64,000 bases of DNA. Origin: Octopus bimaculoides (Eukaryota). Both the position numbers and the translations under genes were made by a program. Positions 1 through 53,054 of this stretch are shown in pieces; position 1 is the first letter of the stretch; each line of letters starts with the position of its first letter. The notes under the pieces were generated by a model that was not told the DNA's origin, did not search any database, and worked only from the letters and a program-made list of their open reading frames with translations. The stretch is taken from contig NC_069001.1 in assembly GCF_001194135.2 (NCBI RefSeq), positions 39,733,940 to 39,797,939 on the forward strand, given 5' to 3'.

Positions 1-872
1 ATGTGGAAATCTATTAAAACCAGGTTCAATCTCAGACAGGTTGGTACTAACAAGATTAAATATTTAGCTCCAGCTGTGTTTGACAATATAAAATGTTGTC
101 ATTGCTCTTGCTATGTTAACAATTTGTAATTGTTGTTCTTGCTACATTTTCAATCAACTTCTGCATAAAATTCTTGCCAAGATACAAACCAGCCTGCTAC
201 TCCAAGCTCCTCAGTAAAACACTATCCTAACTTGAATAAAATGCAAACAAAAGCAACATTAGCCATCGGCAGTGCTACTATTTATACAATTAATTCAATC
301 ACTTCTGAGTTGATTCAATCCATTTCTAAGTTAAGGGTAAAAATAAAGCAACCCTGCAAAACACAACCGTTCTTGACACACAGAACGACAGCAATCAAAT
401 AATGACAGCGGAGTGCACAACAAACATCAGCAATCTGACTGTTGCCTGTATTCTTGACAAGAAATACCAGTTAGTCTTTTACACCTACTAGGTTCGTTCA
501 TATTAGCCTGAGTTGCAGGATAATTTTTCATTTCTTTTTTTAATTTTTACGATTATAGGTAACAACTTTAGTTGTAACTTCTGAGTCTGAGTCAGGCGCA
601 TCTGAACAATCCCGACAGAACGTCTGCTACAAATAATATTTTTTGACGTAGGGCACCTCTAAGACAACCGCCAGACACTGAACGAAAATGAATGAACTGC
701 TACCAGGCTCAATAAAAGGAGTCCGAGTTATTGGCTGCAATTACATACTTGAAGTCCAGTGTTGGTAGAAATTAAATCAGATTGCAAATACACGTTCACT
801 TTACTAAATTTATATTCGGGCTAAGCCTGAGCAGCCTGAGTGCTGGAGTCGCCACAGATATATATGTGCATA

Positions 873-914
<42 letters not shown>

Positions 915-1404
915 CATGTGTGTATATATACATATGTATGTTTGTTTACATATGCACACATATTCTGTCTTTCTCTCTCCTGCAGCCTCTCCTTACCCAC
1001 ATTCCCTGCTTTCATGTCCCCACTCACTTCATACCTTGAAGGACCACCCTCACACTTCATCACCACCATTTTCATCTCTTTCCAGCTTCAGCCCACTCAT
1101 TCCTCCCTCTCCACCCAGCTCTTCTTTCTATAGCAAGAAGCCTAATCCAGCTCCTTTTCTCTCGCTCCAACCCCCCATCCCCTACTACTGTACAACCACC
1201 CACTTGAAGGGGATCTTATTCTTACATGCTGCATGGTCACCTCACCGGTGCTGGTGTCACATAAAAGCACCACTTTGTAAAGTGGTTGGCATTAGGAAGG
1301 ACATCCAGCCACAGAAGCCAGGCCAAAGCTAGCATTGGGGCTCAAGGAAGTTCTCAAACCTGTTAGCTCCTGTCAAACTGTTCATGTCCCCTGCTGGTAT
1401 GTGC

Positions 1405-1448
<44 letters not shown>

Positions 1449-2117
1449 AACTGTATGGTGGCCTCAATTGTGCTGGTAGTATGGTAAAAGCCCCCAACAC
1501 TTGTTGAGTACAGTAAGCCTTAGGAAGGACATCCAGCCATAGAAACTTTGGCAAACCAGATACTGGAGCATTACATATTACTAGAACACATCGGATCCTG
1601 TCAAACCATCCAATCCATGCCATCTTGGAAGATGGACATTAAATGGTGATGATGTATGTATATACATGCATGTGTGTGTGTATACAGTAATCCCTCACCA
1701 TATCGTGGTTCATCTATCACGGCTTATTATATAAGCTTATGTTGATTCCTCTGTGATGTTGCTTTGCATTTATAATGAAATAAATATATATAAATTATAA
1801 AAATAATACAAAAATATACAGTACAGTATTGTTTCTACTTCACAGATTTTCACCTATCACAGGGTGTTTGGGAACGTAACACCCACGATAGTCGAGAGAT
1901 TACTGTATAAGTAAATACATGTATTTATGTGTATATAGATATATATTTATATGCATGTATATACGAGTGTGTGTGTGTGTATGTTTCTCTAGAGCTTACC
2001 AACAAAATGAAAACGAAAATGGATTTAACTAGTGTTCTATCTCATTTTGTTTGGAAAATTCAGTGAATCTTTAGATCTGTTTATAAATAATACCATTAAC
2101 TTATTCCCCTTTCTTTC

Positions 2118-2195
<78 letters not shown>

Positions 2196-2435
2196 ATCAT
2201 CATCTTTAACATGCTTTTTCTAAGCTGGTGTAGGTTGGATGGTTTGTAGACAGTGTTATGCTGCTCCAATGTTGATTTTGGTTTCTGTGACTGGATGCCC
2301 TTCCTAACTGCAACCCAAAGCTGTTGTAAAAGGCACCTACACATCATAGAACACGGTGGAACAAACTTGAAACCATGTTTGCAAAATTAACTTCTTAACT
2401 GCATGGCCGTACTTGCTCCTGTGTGTGTGTGTGTA

Positions 2436-2479
<44 letters not shown>

Positions 2480-2870
2480 CACACACACAAGCACATACAT
2501 ACACACTCATACACAGAATATATTTCCATTGATGTATATTTAAATACATATGTTCATATAGGTATTACATATACAGATGTGTATGTATTAAAAAAGTGAC
2601 TTATTGTCCCCAAAATGGGGGCTAAAAATTTAAGCTAATTTTTTGATAGCAAAGTCGATTTTCTTTTTTTTTATTGTAAATTTCTTAATTTAATCTTTTG
2701 TGTGCCTTTTAGAAAACGTCCAACAGTTTTCAGATTGTGAAATATTTCTGTTTCATAAATGTATTCCCATGTTTGTAGATATTGAACTAATGGATTGACT
2801 TGGGTTGAATTGGTTTACACTTTTCAAGTAATTCAATCTTGTCTGTTGTTTTTTTTTTTTTTCTTAACAG

Positions 2871-42458
<39,588 letters not shown>

Positions 42459-42968
42459 GTAAGTAATAAAAAAAAAACTACATCCAGAATTTTTTATTAT
42501 TTTGTTATTAAAGAGTTGTCTTCTTTTTTAAATTTCAAAAGTGATAAATTATGTCCTGATAAAATATAAACAAGCCTTTTAGGACAGTTTTAATGAGTTC
42601 CTTGTTGTGAATCTAATGAGAGAACCGTTTCTAGTTTTATTTGCTTTATTTCAGAATTATATAAACTGTTGATTTTGAAAATTAAAATACATTTTTGTTC
42701 TGGATATTTGTGCTATATTCAACGTAGTATATTTCTTTTACACACATATGTACATGCAAACATGCATGTGTGTGTATTGTACATGTTCTGTTTTGAGTTT
42801 TTTCTTTTCAATTTCATATCTTGTTTTGTACATTTCTTTAAAAGCAAACTCTTAAGACTTTAGCTGTTCCCTTACCATTGTTCTTGTTAATTGTCCCCTT
42901 ATCTCATTAGTGGCCCTTTTACTTTGCTAGTTGACACACACCTGTCAAAGTGTTGTACTTTTTTGCAG

Positions 42969-42983
42969 GAGAAAAAAGAAGAG
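42969..42983 (+). CDS. Cav2: Candidate 15-nt microexon after the IQ motif (EKKEE)
   Basis: tactttttttgcag|GAGAAAAAAGAAGAG|gtcagt; phase 0-0. Confidence 0.6.
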
Positions 42984-43724
42984 GTCAGTACTTCTTAGCA
43001 TGAAAGTGTGCAAAACTTTACTTTCACTGATATTGCACATCTTCAAATGTTCTTGTCTTCAAAGTGTTCCGATACAGAGCATACCAGTTCTAAAGCTAAG
43101 GAATAGACCTAGCACTGCCTAGATTGACAACAGACATCAACTCAACCAGATGCTATTTCAGTTAAATTAGCCAATTAAAAATGCATAAAGAAAAACTGTT
43201 AAATTTCTAAATAGTTCTACTATGAAGTGTTTAAAAGTGTCATCATACATTTGTAATCTGATCACTGATGCAGTTTTACTGTATTAAGGTTTCAACTATG
43301 AGTGACACCTTTCGCTTCATATAAAACACTTACCTTATTTACAAATTATAGTAAAAATATGTGAAGATAATTAGAACAAAATAGAAATTCTACCTAGGGA
43401 CATGTTTTGTAGGAAAGCCAAATTATTAGGTCTGTATTTAATGTCATGAGCCTTGATATTGCAATTGATTAAAATTACATCCATGGTGAGGAAAATGACT
43501 AATTAACCTAATGAATGACTCTTGCTAATAAATGCAGGGGAGACAACCGTGATATACTAAATTTTTAAAATTAATATACAAATGATCTAATAATGATAAA
43601 AATGATAATTATAAATCAATTATTAAAATAAAACAATTTCATTCTGCAATCAAGATGCATCTCATCTCATCACACTAGGAATATTTGTCCTCCACTAGCA
43701 TTGCTGGAACCTCAGTTTTGTGAT

Positions 43725-43890
43725 GTGTGTCTCTGCCAACAAATAATATCTGGTGTATTGTGGTGTCCAGTACAATATTAGTGGTCAGCAAAGCTGATTC
43801 TAAGTTGAGCAACAATTTTAGAGCTAGGTGGAATGTGTCCATAAATCTCCATTTTGGTCATGGGCTCAAGCCACGAGAAGTCTTGTGTAC
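43725..43890 (-). mobile_element. RTE-like LINE fragment
   Basis: Minus strand reads MEIYGHIPPSSKIVAQLRISFADH*, resembling the RTE C-terminal LYG...RLRFAGH region. Confidence 0.55.
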
Positions 43891-44477
43891 GATTTTATCA
43901 CTTGTCTTACCAAGATTTTATCCTAAATCTCAGATTATAATTCTGCTTACCACTATGTTAGTAAGTTAGCTTGTGTGTTGGGTAGTTTTTTGCAACTTAA
44001 TGTTTTGAGTTCAAATCCTGCCGAGGCCAGTGTTGCTTTCCATCTTTCTGGAGTTGATAAAATAAAGTACCAGTTGAGCAATGAGGTTGATGTAAATTAT
44101 CGAACCCTCTCTACTGAAATTTGAGCAAAAATACTGGCCTTTGGGTGGTTTTCTGCTAGTTTATTTAGTTGGTAAATTAATGATAATCAGTGATCAATAA
44201 TTGATTTGGTTATAATCTGTGGGTATTATCAATAATATACATCAACCAGAATATTTAATCTTATAATCTGAAGAAGTTCAGGGTGTTGGATGTGAGTATG
44301 AAGACACTGAGTCTTGAATACGTTAATTGGTTTGTCATAAATGATTTTATTGCTATGATAATGTCATTAATTAATTATAATAAAGATTATGATGATGATA
44401 TCGACAATAATTCTTTAACTAAATATCACACCAATTCAGTATTGAAGCTGTTTCCTTGCCTAGAGGTTAATGAGGGA

Positions 44478-44522
<45 letters not shown>

Positions 44523-44581
44523 CAATACGGAGCAAATAATTCACGACAAGAAACAATTCGTAAAAAAAGTCAGTGAAATAG

Positions 44582-44677
44582 GGGTTAGGGTTAGGGAGCA
44601 ATGTGGGTCTGTCGATACATATTTTGATTAAGGGTTAGGGTTAGGGAACAATGTGGGTCTGTCGATATTTTGATTAA
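44582..44677. repeat. Tandem duplication of a unit of about 50 bp beginning with telomere-like GGGTTAGGGTTAGGG
   Basis: Two copies: gggttagggttaggga(g/a)caatgtgggtctgtcgata...ttttgattaa. Confidence 0.85.
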
Positions 44678-44853
44678 GGCTTTGCATAGTTTGAAGTAAA
44701 TTCAGGAAGTAACAAACTTTTATTATTTTAATATATTTTTATATTTCTGAATATTGCCTTCATGTAGAATATATTCAAATCAGGATTCAAAGAACTTATG
44801 TTTAGCTAGTCTCATATTCTAGAAATACCTATGTTACATGGCTAGCAGTGTCA

Positions 44854-44890
<37 letters not shown>

Positions 44891-47800
44891 CTGTCAGTCT
44901 ACTTTTGCTGATAAATTCACTTATTTACAACATTAACATATTTAATGAAGTGAACCAAAAAGAATTTTTAACCATACAAATTGCTCCTGGAATGAGGAGG
45001 AAAGCCATTTGCAGCAATGACAGTTCTTGTTAAGAAAGGCAATGGAGAAAAATAGGAAATATAAATTGATTAAAAATGAAATAGAATTATGTAGTGGAGA
45101 AGTGAACTTGATCCTCAGTGATGTAGGATAACTTCAGGCATGTTTTGCTCTAATTAGACCTTATCAGCAAACTCTGCCTGATTCGAACTTATGAGATTCT
45201 AGACTTTGAGAGAATCAAGATTTTGTGTGAAAATAATTTTTTGATTTAGCTAATTAAAATGACATTAACAATGGTAATTTACACTTCTCTACAAATATAC
45301 ATTAATTAAAACTGTGATTTAAATACTTTAAACTTAATTTACTGTTAATTTTTCCCATATCTATATTTGACGTTCTCACACTGAACCTAACAATATTCTA
45401 CAATAATAGATTGTGTTAAACTATTTCAAATTTATTCCATCTGGTATGCTCTCTCTCTCTCTTTTATTTTTACTTTACATTTTTCCATCTTTATATTATT
45501 TATATTATTTTTACCTAATTTGTTCTTTAATTACGAGTGCATGTTTTCACCCAAGTCCTCACTGTTTATAGGTTAAACATAAGTCTTTCTCTGCTTTCGT
45601 ATCAGTATAGTCTGTGAAATTTGTTTGCCTGTAAATTGCTCAAGCTCTGCTTGGCACCAGTTGACTGCCATTGTTCAAAGGCTGCAGCACACCAGTTCAC
45701 AGTAAACACCACATTCAGTTGTTTATGTTATTAGAATAATAACTAAAAATCTTCTATTTTTAATTTGTTTTTAATTATTTCCACATTGCTTTTCTTGTTG
45801 AAATCTGTCACTGAAACCACTTCAAATAGCCATGTTAGATAGACAGCAACACAGCAATTTTTAAAATATTTTATTTAATTCTAGCTACTTAAATAATATT
45901 TTTCTTTCCTTTTTCTTTCCTTTTTCTTTCTTTCTTTCTTCTTAATGCAGTAAATGTGCAATTAAAACAACACTTTCATTGCTTGTTAAAGTTGAGCTTC
46001 ACATTTTGATGTGTAAATGTTGATTTTTTTTTTATTCCTTTGGTCTATTTTGATTTAAAATTTCCACCAATAATCAATCACGCTTTTTTGTTTGGTAATA
46101 ACAACTTACCAAAAAGATTGTCTTTGTGTATCTTATTTTGTATTCACTTCAATGTTTCTTTACAATTATGTTTCATATGAATACAAAGGAAAGCTTTCAT
46201 CTAATTATAACAATTTTGTGTGCATATGTGTGTTCATATATATACTTGTATGTATCTACATACCTGTCTCTTTATCTATTTCTTGTATATGTTTATGTGT
46301 GTATGTATATGAGTGCATACATATACATACTATGTGTATACACACACTCCATACATACATACTGATTCATTCATGTAAGTTTTTATAATAGAATATTTCA
46401 AATATGGCTATCTATCTTAATTAAAATATTGTATATCATATCTTTAGTGTTCAAAAAGTTTTCAATATTTAAATTTTAAAAGACTTAATCAGTATTTTGA
46501 TAGTTTCGAGAATAGAATGATTATATTTCTTCCTTAAACATTAATATTTTAGATATATCTTCAGTGTGCCTAGAATCAATGTTAACTAATGGTAAAATCT
46601 GTAATAAAACTAAATAAACTGTAAGGGTCTGCAAGAGCAGTAATGGTGATCAAAGCCAAAATAGTGGATGTCAAAACCTTTGGTTTCTGTGAAAAAAATC
46701 TCTTGACAATGAGCCAAGTTACTGACATTCAGAAATCCTCTTGGATTTTGGAAATAATGTTTATTTGAATTTTGTTTCAAGCACACAATCATGTATGGAA
46801 TAAATTTTGAAAATGACAAAATCTTTTTTAATTGCTGTTTTCAAGAATTTGCACACTTTATTTTCTTAAATATGTATTGTAACATTTTTATAGATTAAAT
46901 ATATCTATTATGATACATATTGATATATACTTCTCTAAGACTGTATATATATATATATATGGTCATTAACAGAAAAAACATGGGAATTCAATGATGTTCA
47001 AAATTTAACCAAATCTGTATTTTTTACTGATAATTTGAAAATGTATGCAATTTTGTAAATTAGAATGTGTGTTTGTGTGTGTGTAGGAAGAGGAAGGGAT
47101 ACATTTAATAATATTGTACACAAAGACAGACAGAGAGAAAGAGAGAGGAATAAGTGGATATGTTGTGATAGGATGGTTGAAATGGTAACTCATTGCAGAT
47201 GGCTCCTGTTCAAGACCTGTAATTAAGACTGGTCTCTTACCAATGAGGTTAACACTAATTATTAATTTACATTCCATGGTTCAGTGGTTAACACATCAGA
47301 TAACCATCAATGTATAGATTGAAATTTAAAGACCTATATATTCATATTATACATACATGCACACTTGCACAAATGTTAACCACAGATGAGAGAGAGTATG
47401 GGTGTATATGCATATATGTGTGAGTATGTGAGCTTGATGCAACCTTGTGGCTTGCTGGATCCTGTTAAACTGTTCAATCCATGGTAAATGGATATTAAAT
47501 GATGATAAATATATGCATGTATACAAACATAGTATCACCTAACAGTCTGGATGTTTTGCGTTCTTGTCCCATTTTGTATTATATATATATATATATATAT
47601 ATATACCAAAACATACATACAACCATACATGAGATGTACTTGTGACACAAAATAAGTCGAATTTCATAAATGAAATATTAAATACACATTTTAGGTGCAT
47701 TATATTTTATACACACAAGTTAAAGTGTGTTTGTATGTTAGTTCAAACTTTGGTTATTTCTTTTTACAAATGAATATTTTATTTCTTACTACACAAATTA

Positions 47801-48199
47801 TTCCTCTGTCATATAAAAGTCTGTCTTTGAAATCTTCTGACTGGTTGTTCTTATTAGTCTACGATATTATCTAACATTCACTTGTATTTTCTATTGGAAT
47901 TCTGAGTTTATATTCCTGATAAGTTGAATGAACTTAGGGCATAAGTTATAGAAAGTTGACTTCTATTTATATACAGTAATGAATATTCTGTAATATATAC
48001 ACATAACCACACAAACAATGAAGTACACATACCTATGGCTTTGTGCATTTGAATAATATAATCAGTAGTAAACATTTAAATTTGATGTTTTAAATATTTT
48101 CCTTATAATCATATTTAACTGCAACTAATTACCATTCATATTTGTTTTATTATTTTAACTTTTAATTTTTATTTCTTTATGATTTTCTTCTCCTTTTAA

Positions 48200-49023
48200 A
48201 TTATTTCACATCTGGTGATAGTCCAGGCTCTTGCATGACAAGAGAACACTATGCATCTGGTGAAACTTCCTTGAAATCCCCAAGATAGAATTTGAGTATG
48301 TTTCAACAAGTCAATATTAGCTGAGGTATTTTTTTTAAATTTAAGATTAAGATATGACAGCAAATAGAATGGAGTTTCTATATAATACAGGGACGATAAC
48401 ACTTTGATCCCTTGAATACCTGTATCTATTCTAATACTGCCTCTGAGATACTGGAGGGCTTTGTTTCTTAATTTCCAAGTTTGGTGTTTTCCTCATGCTA
48501 ATCATGAAATGGCTTATTGTTGAAGACATTAGCACAACATACAATATTTCCTCTAAACATCCCTCTTTTATGAGGATAAACTCTATATTTTGGTAGTACA
48601 TGTCAGCTCCTTTCATTTTATGTTTGTCTGCACTATATTTTACATTAACAGTGTTACTGGTGCTGCTGTTGATTTTGTTAAATAATTTACAGAATTTAAG
48701 GCTGTTCATGAAATGTTTTGTAATACCAGTTTTTACAGCATTATTGTATGGTGGGTTGTTCCATATAACATTTCTCTTCTTGATGTTTTTATGGTTTGGT
48801 GAGTGCAACTGCAAGTGTTTGTTTCTTCTTGACATCAGCAACCTAGTAGTGCCTCCCTATCATACACTAAACCTTTGTTGAAGCTGAATTTATTAAAGTC
48901 CAATGCGTTTATCCTCTTGCAGATGTTTAGTGATAAATGCTTGATGACATTTAGATTGAATGTGGCTGTACAATAGGGGGCTATTTGATTTCTTGAAGGG
49001 TCACATAAATGCAGCACCCTCAT
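48200..49023 (-). mobile_element. Decayed Penelope-like element (RT thumb, linker, GIY-YIG region)
   Basis: ORFs 48835-49023 (NICKRINALDFNKFSFNK...EAL) and 48431-48841 (RNVIWNNPPYNNAVKT), matching the PLE WFNPPY motif. Confidence 0.8.
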
Positions 49024-50207
49024 TTTCCTTCAAAGTCACTTGCCTCTGACAGAGCATATGTGCAATGAACACTTTTTCCGTATTCTGTCATTGCAACTGC
49101 CTCCACATAAACCGATCTTCCCTGAAACCCATGCACAGACAATTAACTACTTGCTGAGAGAGATCAGTGGCTACATTTCACAACAAGAAACCCAATATTG
49201 GTGTTAACCCTCTGGACATTATTTCATTAGGTTCGGTTCTGATCTTGCAGAAGCCTCAGCTTTATCTCTTGGCACTTGGCTTCCTTTGATGTGATCCACT
49301 CCATTGTAAGCATTTTGTGTAAAGATAACTTCTTCCCCAAACTGCCTTGAAGAACAGTCATGACCTCTGGTTGCTCACCTAAACAAAACAGATTCTCATC
49401 TCTAACTGCTTCTGCTTCCCAGAACTAGCTAGACGTGTATTAATCCCTTCCAGGCTGACTTAGATGTCTCTCCCCATGTTGCAATCCTTTCCTTTATTGA
49501 ACAGCCATATAATTATATGGCTTCAATCACAATTTTCTTACAGACATCAGTTTGGTGGACTATTATCAACCACTTCATTATTACCAGTTTTTGTAGTTCT
49601 TGTGTTTTGTAGTCACAGTTTAAGGCCATGCCTGAGCATGTTCTATAAATATTTATATCTATAAATATATTCTAGTCTACAGAATAGCATTGACTTTTAC
49701 AGGGTTTTTTTCTTCCTTTTTCTTGTGTGAATGATCTCTGATGCATGGTTGGGAACCCAATTTGGTTTTTTATTGCTTTTTTTAATGTTTAATATAACTG
49801 ATGAGTGAACTAAGCTGCTTGATCTTAATTTTGTAAAGGATTAGCATATTGAGAAAAAATAGACAGGAAAGATCTTGTGTGTGTGTGTTTGTGTGTCTGT
49901 GTGTGTGCTTGTGTGTGTGTGTGTGTGTGTGAATTTAACTGCTTGATTATTCTCCAATAGATTACAACTTTAACTTTCACCTTTTCTGGAACTTCATATA
50001 ATGAACCAATTCCACAACTTCCTATATTCCTTTACATTTCATTTTAGGATCTAACATGAAGTAGTGGCTTTAAATCATTACCTGCAAAAGCAGGAATTAG
50101 TAAAAATGTTAGTTCCATTTGAAGGATACCTACTAAATATATACGGGATGTGTGTGTTTATACATAAATGTATGTATATGTACATATTTATATGTCTGTG
50201 TCAATGT

Positions 50208-50268
<61 letters not shown>

Positions 50269-51240
50269 CACACACATATAAGTATATGTAAGTATAAATG
50301 TTAGGTTTATGAGTGTGATCATAATCCAAAACCATTGAAAGTGCTTTGTTCTGGCTCAGAACAGATATGGGTTTAGGGTCAGTCTGAAGGTAACACTCTT
50401 CTTCTCAGTCTTGATCTGTGTTCATATACACGTATATAAACATATGTCTTTCTGTATATTTATGTTTAGATAGATTGATAGACAGACAGATAAATGTATA
50501 CATATAACGTATGTATTTAGATATATATCGGTATAAATATCTAGTTATATTTGTGAATATATTATATTGTTTATATGTATATCTACTTGTATGTGTATAT
50601 TTTAGGTATAAATATATACATACATACATATATATATATAAAATTATTTTTATATTATTACAATATTATAGTGTCATAACAACTAATTAATGTGTCTGAT
50701 TGGATTCATGCCAATAACCTTCTAGAATTGGAGAGGTAAATAAATAACCATCATATATGGTTGAGTGGAAAAGTTTGGTTTGGTCTCTCTGCTGTTGGTG
50801 GCCTGAAAAAGTCTTCTGTTTTATGGGTCTCAGAGTGGTTGTAGAAATCCAGAATAACATTGATAGATAAAAGAATGCAGCCAAAAGAACTGGTTAATAG
50901 AACCAAACAAATGAGGTTGTCTCTTAAGGCTGACAGATTTGTGTTTTGGATTTGTCCCGTTGAGCCAATAACCTGAAGTTCACCATTCATCTGACAAAAG
51001 TCCACTCTACTTTTAGGTGATGTGGGGGTAAAGAGACAGGTGTAGGGAAAGATGCAGAATGGAGAGAGATGGAGGGAGTCTTTTTTTTTTCTGAAGATGT
51101 GGACATGTATTTGCATTAATGTGTGTAAGTGTGTATATATGTGTTGTGTGTGTGGTGGGGAGAATGTTAACTTCTCATTTATGGCAAGGGAAAAGCCAGC
51201 TGTTATACTTTTTGGGGTCTGTCTGACCAGCTGGTTAATA

Positions 51241-51892
51241 TGAACTTGAGTTCATGAGGGCAGGAAGAAATAACTCCACTTTTAAAGCTCAGTAGGCCCT
51301 TGGGTAGAGAGTGTTCTTTAATATGATCTTTTGGTTTCTGTTAACAGTCAGCACATCTTACTGCTGCTGAAGTAAGGTTTGTGCATGTGCAGTCTTCACC
51401 TGATGTTATATTGTGCAGTATTTTCTGCCTATATTTCCATTCATGTCATGATATTGCATCTCTCTTGAATATGACACAAAGATTTGTGGGTGTCTAACTT
51501 GGACTTGAAGGAGCCTTCCATGGCACCTGTGTATTTTTGTACATTTGTCACTCTGTTGGGATTCTTTGAGACTGTTTCTGCTTCACATGTGATGGTTTCT
51601 GTGTTACATTAACCATTTAGTGGGCTTGTGGTGTTACATCTGAACGAACAGTTTATCTCTATGTTAGATTTGGGCTTATTTGCTAAAATTTTCTTTAAGC
51701 TAGGTGCACAGGTAAAAGAGATCCTCAAAGTATCTTATTGAAATTTTTCCTGTATGTATTTGTTGTGGAAAATACTTATCTGATAATCCAAGGAAGATCC
51801 TATCTACATCTTTTAACATTCAGGCAAAATGGGGATATAAACCAGATAGCCTTATGGTGGCAGTTTTTCATGTTGGGGTTTAGAGTTAGCTC
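51241..51892 (-). mobile_element. Decayed Penelope-like element (linker and GIY-YIG endonuclease C-terminus)
   Basis: Frameshifted pieces KAIWFISPFCLNVK, IFLGLSDKYFP, DTLRISFTCAPSLKKIL, KYTGAMEGSFKSKLDTHKS, LLSFKSGVISSCPHELKF. Confidence 0.75.
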
Positions 51893-52554
51893 TATTTATT
51901 TTATTTATCTTTTATTCTTATCATTAAACTAGTTAAATACATTCCTTATAAAATTTCTGCTCTTTCTTGGCCATTTTACAGTATTATTATGTAACACTGA
52001 AAGAAGTGTTTTAATTCAGTTCACTGTGCATTTTAATCACAAGTTATCTCTAAAATTGGTCGTTATAATGATTTAGATTAAATAATCTCTAATATAATAG
52101 ATTTACCCACTTTTGATGTATCATTACAAAACTTTACATCTTTTTATATTCTGTAAGCAGAGTAGTTTCAGGTTCAAATATTAGTTGAGTGGAACAATTT
52201 GTTTGTACTAATTAGCTATTAATTAGTTATTAATTCATGACACATGAAGTTAGTTATTTTATTCCTATTTTCATATTTTGACTGGAAATGATTCTATATC
52301 TATTTTAGTGTGACTGTATGTATATATGTATGACCATATACATGAATATAATTATATATATCACTATGTAATTATATAAATGAATATGCGTGTGTGTGTG
52401 TATATATGCATGTATAGTTATATCGTTATATGCACATGGTTACTGATATATATATATATGTGTGTACATATATATGTATATAATGTATATATATATATAT
52501 ATATGTAATGTCTGTGTGTATATATATCTATATATACATATCTGTATGTGTATA

Positions 52555-52628
<74 letters not shown>

Positions 52629-52910
52629 CATATCTATAGGTGTATATATATATTATTATATATATATAAATATGTATATCCATATATATGTATAAGACCA
52701 ATCTTTAGATTATAAAGTTATATGTATATTTATATAAGTACCTTGTACATTTTTTTGTTTATGTGTATATGTGAATATATATATTATATATACATGCACA
52801 CACAGTCCATGGCCTTTGGAGAGTAATCTACAGCTGTGATGTCGAAGAGCTTTTCGTTTCTTGTTGAAATTTTGAATGTATCTGATTTGTTCAACTTTTC
52901 TGATTTCAAG

Positions 52911-53054
52911 TTGTTCTGGGAGGATGATATTAAGGAGTATCGTGATGACGATGATTATAAAGAATATCACGATGACGAAGAGTATCACGAGGATTATAAA
53001 GATTATCAGGAGTATCAAGAGGATTATAAAGATTATGATGAGGACTATAATCAG
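52911..53054 (+). CDS. Candidate 144-nt cassette exon encoding a D/E/Y-rich repeat (LFWEDDIKEYRDDDDYKEYHDDEEYHEDYKDYQEYQEDYKDYDEDYNQ)
   Basis: About 60 nt free of AG, then ttttctgatttcaag|; 48 open codons; CAG|gtatga donor; phase 0-0. Confidence 0.55.

Noticed and set aside
573-856. TGTAAC...CCACA segment with AATAAA at 711, LTR-like
   Set aside because: No target-site duplication or second copy found; boundaries uncertain.
43934-43960. 27-nt phase 0-0 segment IIILLTTML with a gtaagt donor
   Set aside because: Weak acceptor with a nearby upstream AG, a hydrophobic peptide implausible in a cytosolic tail, and adjacent to a LINE remnant.
49785-49830. CTGATGA at about 49798, a possible hammerhead core
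   Set aside because: No downstream GAAA with stems II and III.
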